Both the position numbers and the translations under genes were made by a program. Below, one piece after another: positions 57,559 through 64,000 of a DNA stretch of 64,000 nucleotides (positions are counted from its first letter, which is position 1; the number at the start of each line of letters is the position of its first letter). The DNA lies in contig OZ037773.1 of assembly GCA_964035545.1 (NCBI GenBank), positions 2,881,751-2,945,750 on the forward strand. Reading direction: 5' to 3'. This DNA is from Bugula neritina (taxonomy: Eukaryota; Animalia; Bryozoa). Under the pieces are notes generated by a model. It made no database searches. It had not been told where the DNA came from and saw only the letters and a list, made by a program, of their open reading frames with translations.

Positions 57559-59324
57559 TTTGGCTGTTGGAGTTAGAAACACATTTCCTTATGGGATCTC
57601 AGCGAAGCACAAAATGAATTGCACTACGCATCTGTTAGCTCTGAATTGCTTTCTTGTGATACAGAAAAAATCAGTTGCCATATGATACGAAGCTCACTGG
57701 ATCCTTTAGAATTCTTGTAAAAAGGAAGAGAAAACTTGTAAGTTTCTTTAAGAGTATACAGAATGCAAACCTGCACTATACAATGTGATCAGTAAATGTT
57801 TGTATGAAAATGGTCATGGTACATGCACCGGTGCTTTAGTATTATATGACTCATTCCAAGTAGAAAGTAGTCAAATAGGCACCAAAATAGCTACATCATA
57901 CATGCACTAATTAATAACCATGACAATGAATACAGACAATATATCTAGCTGTTGTGAACAGTGAACTAATCTTTCAGTAATACTAATGGTTAGAAAAGTA
58001 TAGTGGCTATTGCTATCTGCCATAATGAGTAACTATAATCACTATAATCAACCTTTGTTTATGTGAAGGTACTAGTAAGATGTTACACAACTATCTCAGC
58101 TAAGGTTCTGCAGTTTACACTTATACTATTGAAAAATCAAGTCTTAAAGTGAATTAAGAAGTCAAACTCTCTTGTAAGAGAAGGAGCTAAATGTTTGGTC
58201 ATCTTGATTAGTCTGCTTCATAAATTTATCTCCATAGAGTTATCTCCCTACAGTTATCTCTCCTATTTCTCTAGAGTTATATCCCTAGATTTAGTTCCTT
58301 AGAGTTATTTCCCCATTACTGTCTTTTTGGAGTTATCTTACTAAAATTATCGTCCTAGAGTCATCTCCTTTGAGTGCTAACTGGATAGCTGACAAAAGTA
58401 ACTTTCATGTTGTCATGCATGGCCACATTGTTTTTTTAGCGACACAGAAAAACACTTGAAACAGAATGTGGTACATAGTAAGCATTCTTTTTTTAAAAAT
58501 TATTGTTTTATTTTTGATGATATAATGGCTGTACTATACTAGGTTACTGCATTTTCATGTAGCATGTGCTCTAATGTACTTAAAAACAAGAAGATTGACA
58601 AAAGTAAAAACTTTCGAAATTTGATTGGAACTAAAGCCAAGCTAAGAGAATTTGGTCATAACTACTTACTGTCTGATATTCTTTATTTGAAGAGTCACCT
58701 AAATATTGTTATACAGATTAACATGAGTATTCACTTTGTTATTATGTTTCCATAACAATGGTTCATAGCCTGTGATATCATAAATCACTCAGAGGAAAAT
58801 AATTAAATTTAGTTTTGTGCTCCTTTATAAGGGTTTTTATGTTGTAAAATAATTATATATATTTCAATATGTTGATATTTATAAATGCAAAAAGTACTCT
58901 GCATATTACTGTGTTTTAATATTAAGTTTCATTTTATTAAGTATCGAAGATTATTTAACTTTTAAGTTTTACAGACTTATGAGTTCAATAAATTGTGCAA
59001 CAAATAAAACAGTTTTGCATATAAAATACAACACTATATGTAATGAGGTTGCAATAAAGACAATGCTTGACAGGGTTGAAGGTTTTAAGATAGTCACCTT
59101 AGCATAGAAATCACATGGTTACAGATGAATTAAAACCACCATGATTAGCTTCTAGAAAGAAAACCAACAATTTTAATAAACATTTGAGTTTCTTTTATTT
59201 TAACACAAATTTTGACAAAACTGAATTCGAGCAAAAATTATTATTTTATTGAAAACAACATCTTTTGTCATAATAAACTACAGTTTGACAGGAAAACATT
59301 TAAGATATTGTCATTTGAAAATTT

Positions 59325-61032
59325 TTAAAATAGAAACTTCATAACGACAGCGAAGACAAGAGCAGCAGAGTAGGTCAGCTGACTTCCTCCGTTACACAAA
59401 TCTCCTTCACAGCTGCAGGACCAGGTCTCTGTTTTGACTCCAAGAAGAGTTGCTTTAACGCGGTCTTTCTGCTCACAATTGCTATTGTCAAACGCCTTAC
59501 CACATGTTCTTGTTACTAAAACAGAAACGAACTATTTAACAAAATAGCGATTGCAATTAGGCTACGATTTTTATGAAAATATATTTTTTTAAATTAAAGA
59601 CATCATTTTTTTCAAAACAGTACATTAATCAGTTTAAATTCAAGTTCAGCAAAGAATTATTATGTAAAGTCGATATTTTTTTAATAATTTAAAAAAACAG
59701 TTAAGAATAAAATTAAATGCAGCAAGAGTGTCAAAATAATTACCAGATGTGTGCAAAGTTATTATATAGGGGCATAATTGTTTGGGTAAATAGAGTATTT
59801 AGAAAGTGCACGGCTTAAAGTGTGTTCACATACCAGTGGCAACCCAAGCTCCACCGACTTTACCCGAAACCTTTAGTTTACTGCAGGATCCATCATCTGT
59901 GTAACTCCCTTCTGAACAGTCCTGTTCGTGACTAGAGTCTCCAGAGTACTCGTCATCACACGCACCGCCAGTGCTTTGGCAGACGTAGCATTTAGTATTG
60001 GCAGCATAGGACACCGCCAACATTCCTGAACATCAAAATTGTCAACTTACTTGTACAATAACGTAATATACAAGCTCAATCTATTTAAATTTATAATATA
60101 ATTTAATATAAGCTAGTAATGTAAAATAAAGTTATAATTTACAATTTACAATTTAATTAAATACAATAATTGCTGGCAAACAATTACAATAATTCACCAA
60201 CAGATTAGCTATTACATCATTATGCTGCAGCATTGCCCAAATATTTAGCAAATCCTATATCGATTATGTTTTTTTATAATAGCATGTATTGTATAAATAA
60301 TAGTATCTATCATATATTAGTGCTAATAATATAAATAAATATAATAATACAATAATAATATTAATCTCTATCTTAATAAAAATTATTGTTAATAATTTCT
60401 ATTAATATCTATCGACTCAATGAGTAAAACATTTGCTAAATAACTAAATATTCAGTTATAAAATTAAATGTCATTGTATAAGCAAAATTTTATGAAAAAT
60501 AATTAAAACATGCAGTGTAACTATAACTTTGCAATAGCCTATAGACTTTATACTCTATAAGTAAACTTGTAACTTTATCATATATAAAAATATAAAGCAT
60601 TTTATAACTGCATTAAAAATTGCATAAAGCCTCTCAATTTTAGAAGCTTCAGTTTTGCTCAAATATGCCAAAACAAAAGAAATAATATTTTTGCCAATAT
60701 TCCAACCTTTCTGCTCAAGCTACTCCATGATAATTGGCTATTACAATTATTAATTTTTTATGATTCTATCACCAATCTAAAAAGCCTTTATGTGTTTTTA
60801 CTAATATTGTTATCTTATAAGCACTTGTAGTCTTAAAATTATTAGCTTGTTTGTTGAGATTTTAGTGAAAATATTGTAGGTACTATTCTCAACACAATAT
60901 TTTTAAACAATCATGGACAGAATTTAGTTATAATGTACTTTGTACTAAACTACACAAGCTATCAACTATGTCACCATGTATATCGCAATGTCACTTACCA
61001 CAAAGAACGGCAGCAACAATCAAAACTCTCAT
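59325..61032 (-). CDS. GPI-anchored Ly6/uPAR three-finger protein, Quiver-like (paralogue G, 138 aa)
   Basis: Exons 60999-61032 (GCCACCATG context), 59834-60025, 59325-59515. MRVLIVAAVLCGMLAVSYAANTKCYVC...WSCSCEGDLCNGGSQLTYSAALVFAVVMKFLF. Confidence 0.93.
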
Positions 61033-62593
61033 GGTGGCTGTTGAAGTTGAATGAATACTTCTATATCAAACCTCTGCTAAGCTTCAAGTAACCAAGGCAG
61101 TTTACCAACTCTCTATTTGTACCAAAATAATTAAGTAAATATGATTCTGATTTGCCATACATATATTCATTTTAATTTTATTGGCTGTTTTAGTTGAAAC
61201 TTGAGAGTTTTTTTATAAAATGCTTTACTCTTGTTGGCTTGTTTGCAGAATATTGAAAGCAAATATGATGCTTGCCTGTTACATTATAGCTTGTAAAAAA
61301 TCTATACAGATCGTGTTCTGTGGCAACAGCTCATAAATATGCAGCAGTATAATTAGCTAATAATAGTGTTTGTGTGCTCTCTTGTTAATTTAGCTTACTC
61401 TCTCATACTGCTATCAAGTAGCATTTTAGCATGCAAATAGTTTCAACGAAATTTCACCGTACAATGATACATGCATGTAAAACGAAGTTTATGATCAGTC
61501 CCTCTATATATTGACTGTTGAGATATATAACTTAGATTTGCAACATGCAACAATTTTATGCCAAACTTTGAAGTACAATTATTGATGTTTCTGTGGGAAT
61601 TGTTGCACATTGCTAAGTACCTACAGAAATAGATCACTAGTTGTTAACTACAGTTACAGTCAATATAATAGCACTGCTATAAACAAGAAATAACATAAAT
61701 TATTGTTAACAAATTTTGTACAGTAAATTTTAATTTAAATGCTTCAATTTGCTGTTTTGGAATTTATCATTCTTTAACAGCTGCAAACTTTCTTTCAAGG
61801 TTTTACTTCAATGTACCAAATATCAAAAAATATCCCAATCTAGTGCATGGACGTTTTCTTAGCATTGCTCTTTTGTAGTCCACTGACTCTTCTGATAACC
61901 GAGGTAGCATGAGTTTTTTAAAATTTACCTCTTTATTTAAATTAATAACAAACTCGCCTAGAGGCTGAATCTCAGGTATATTCTGAAACACTGCAACCGT
62001 ACTTTGTCTTTCATCTGCATACCCATTGTAGAATCATTGCCGCCACCATACAAGATTCTTTGTTTGTTAAGAGGGGAGTTGGGTTTAAGAATTACTAATT
62101 AAATATATCGTTATTTTTGTCCTATTTGGAATAACATGGAGGATTAGAACAGGTGGTGGTATCAGATAAACATTTCCAATAATAACATAGTTCAAACTGA
62201 ATAGAGAGCATAACTTTAAAACAAGCATGCTGCTATAGGCACAAGCATCTTTGTCCTATTCATCTTCACCTCATCTTATTACTGAGACATAAGTGATCAA
62301 AAGTAAAAAGTTGATTAGAGGAAAATGGCTAAACATTTATAGAATAAATAATTTTATCTATAGAACGACAAAATGTTTGTCAGAAAGATCAGTAAATCAA
62401 TCAGTTTAGATTGAAAACTTGCAAATAATAATGATAGATTTTGTATAGTTTTTTATTATCCAGAAAACACATTTTCAAATATCTTAGCTTGATCACCACC
62501 AAAAGAACATAGAGTGTATTGGTGCTAAGGAATTGAAGTTTATTTTTACCATTGATTTTAGGTCAACATGGCACATGCAGGTAATATATACAT

Positions 62594-62746
62594 GTGTATG
62601 TGTGTGTGTTGTGTGTGTGTGTTGTGTGTGTGTGTGTTGTGTGTGTGTGTGTGTTGTGTGTGTGTTGTGTGTGCTTTGTGTGTGTTTTGCGGTGTGTATT
62701 TTGCGGTGTGAGTGTATGCATGCGTGCGTGCATGTGTGTGTGTGCG
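62594..62746. repeat. Degenerate (TG)n microsatellite
   Basis: Direct inspection. Confidence 0.95.
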
Positions 62747-63339
62747 TCTTATAATTTGGTAGTCATAACAATGTATTGTCCGCAAAAATAGCATAGATTA
62801 ATGAAACATACTTGAACGAGAAATTTAATTTTCATTTAATTTGCCTGTTTTATTGACTTGGCTATTAATTTAACTACAGCTGCACACTCAATCATAGAGC
62901 AAGAAAATTAATTTTCTTCAGCCCAATTGGATAAAAAAGTCACTTATTTTTCTGCAGTTGTGCTGGTCTTCTTGCTACCTACCACTGTCGTTGCGTTAAT
63001 CAATATTTCACTAATTAGCAGTTAGCAGAAGCTCGGTGCAAAATTTGCTAACGATTATTTGAAAAACTCTGTATCAATTGCCATAAGAATTGTTATAATC
63101 AGCCTCATTGTTTTTGCTCATAATAATGGCTGAGTTGCATTGTAAAACTAAAAGCATTTATAGAAAGGCCATTATCGTAAGATGGCCAATAAAATTTGAA
63201 TAACTACGAATTCTGCGAATGAAAATGCTGAATTGCTCAGTTTTATACAATTGCTTATACATAAAAGCAGGTAACAAATCTTTGAATCATTCTGATTTTA
63301 GCTTTTGTTTAACTATTGAGTGTCCTCCTAACAAACAAG

Positions 63340-63373
63340 ATGAAACTTCTGACTGCGTTGGTGTTTTTTTGTG
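63340..63373 (+). CDS. First coding exon of a probable eighth three-finger paralogue (H), opposite orientation, remainder beyond the window
   Basis: 34-nt exon ATG...TGT G|GTAAGC encoding MKLLTALVFFC(G): same length and phase as exon 1 of B-G, and the same 'C G|gt' ending as C-G. Confidence 0.75.
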
Positions 63374-63544
63374 GTAAGCAACTTTATATAGCAACTAGTA
63401 TATCTCAACCATCCCTTATATATCAACTGCATAATGATTGCTTTTATAGGCTTACAAATAATTATGTGTATATGCAGTATTTAGGTACAAACAGGTACTG
63501 AACTGTTACTTCAGAAATATGTGCATTGTTTGTTTATTTTCTAT

Positions 63545-63651
<107 letters not shown>

Positions 63652-64000
63652 CATGAAATAAAAATAATACAAGGGATCATCCAAAGGAGGTAATGATGAA
63701 GCCCAATGGTGCGCCATAGCAGAAGCTAGTGAAAGCGCAAGGCCTAAAATGATTAACAATTAGTCAGTCAAGTCAGTCAAGTTATGTGAAATAAGTTAAT
63801 TGTCGCTTAAGTAAGTCAGTTTAGTTAAGTCATAGCTCTCCGGCAAAAAGGCAAAACCTCACACCCGCCCTGAATGCATCGGGAATAGACTGATTTTTAA
63901 GCTTAGGTTTTAACCTGTTCCATAGCGCTGACCCCCCCTCCCCTCGATAACATGTACTTCTTTGACCTGCAGTGGTAGAGAAAAAAGAAACGGGAAGATT

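Noticed and set aside
61803-62060. Coding-like minus-strand stretch between G and H
   Set aside because: In-frame TGA upstream, no true ATG start and no recognisable family; at best a decayed fragment.

Overview
AT-rich, intron-containing invertebrate animal DNA; the species cannot be identified from sequence alone. From left to right: (1) the 5' end of a minus-strand coiled-coil protein gene (two coding exons visible), head-to-head with (2) a complete 28-exon AQR/Aquarius (IBP160) spliceosomal helicase gene on the + strand (5780-22567, about 1420 aa by manual exon assembly). Many AQR introns carry their own minisatellite, and several of these arrays amplify the splice sites themselves. (3) A tandem cluster of seven complete three-exon, GPI-anchored Ly6/uPAR three-finger (Quiver/Sleepless-type) genes on the - strand (28.4-61.0 kb), plus the first exon of an eighth, oppositely oriented paralogue at 63340. 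The paralogues have variable finger loops and a nearly invariant GPI tail, and three lie in recent segmental duplications. (4) Inside the cluster, two minimal type I hammerhead ribozyme motifs sit as an inverted pair around a (TA)n tract (Penelope-like/retrozyme-type termini). There are also tRNA-derived SINEs, several MITE/foldback elements and long microsatellites. All gene models were built by eye from GT-AG junctions and phase consistency; no searches were run.
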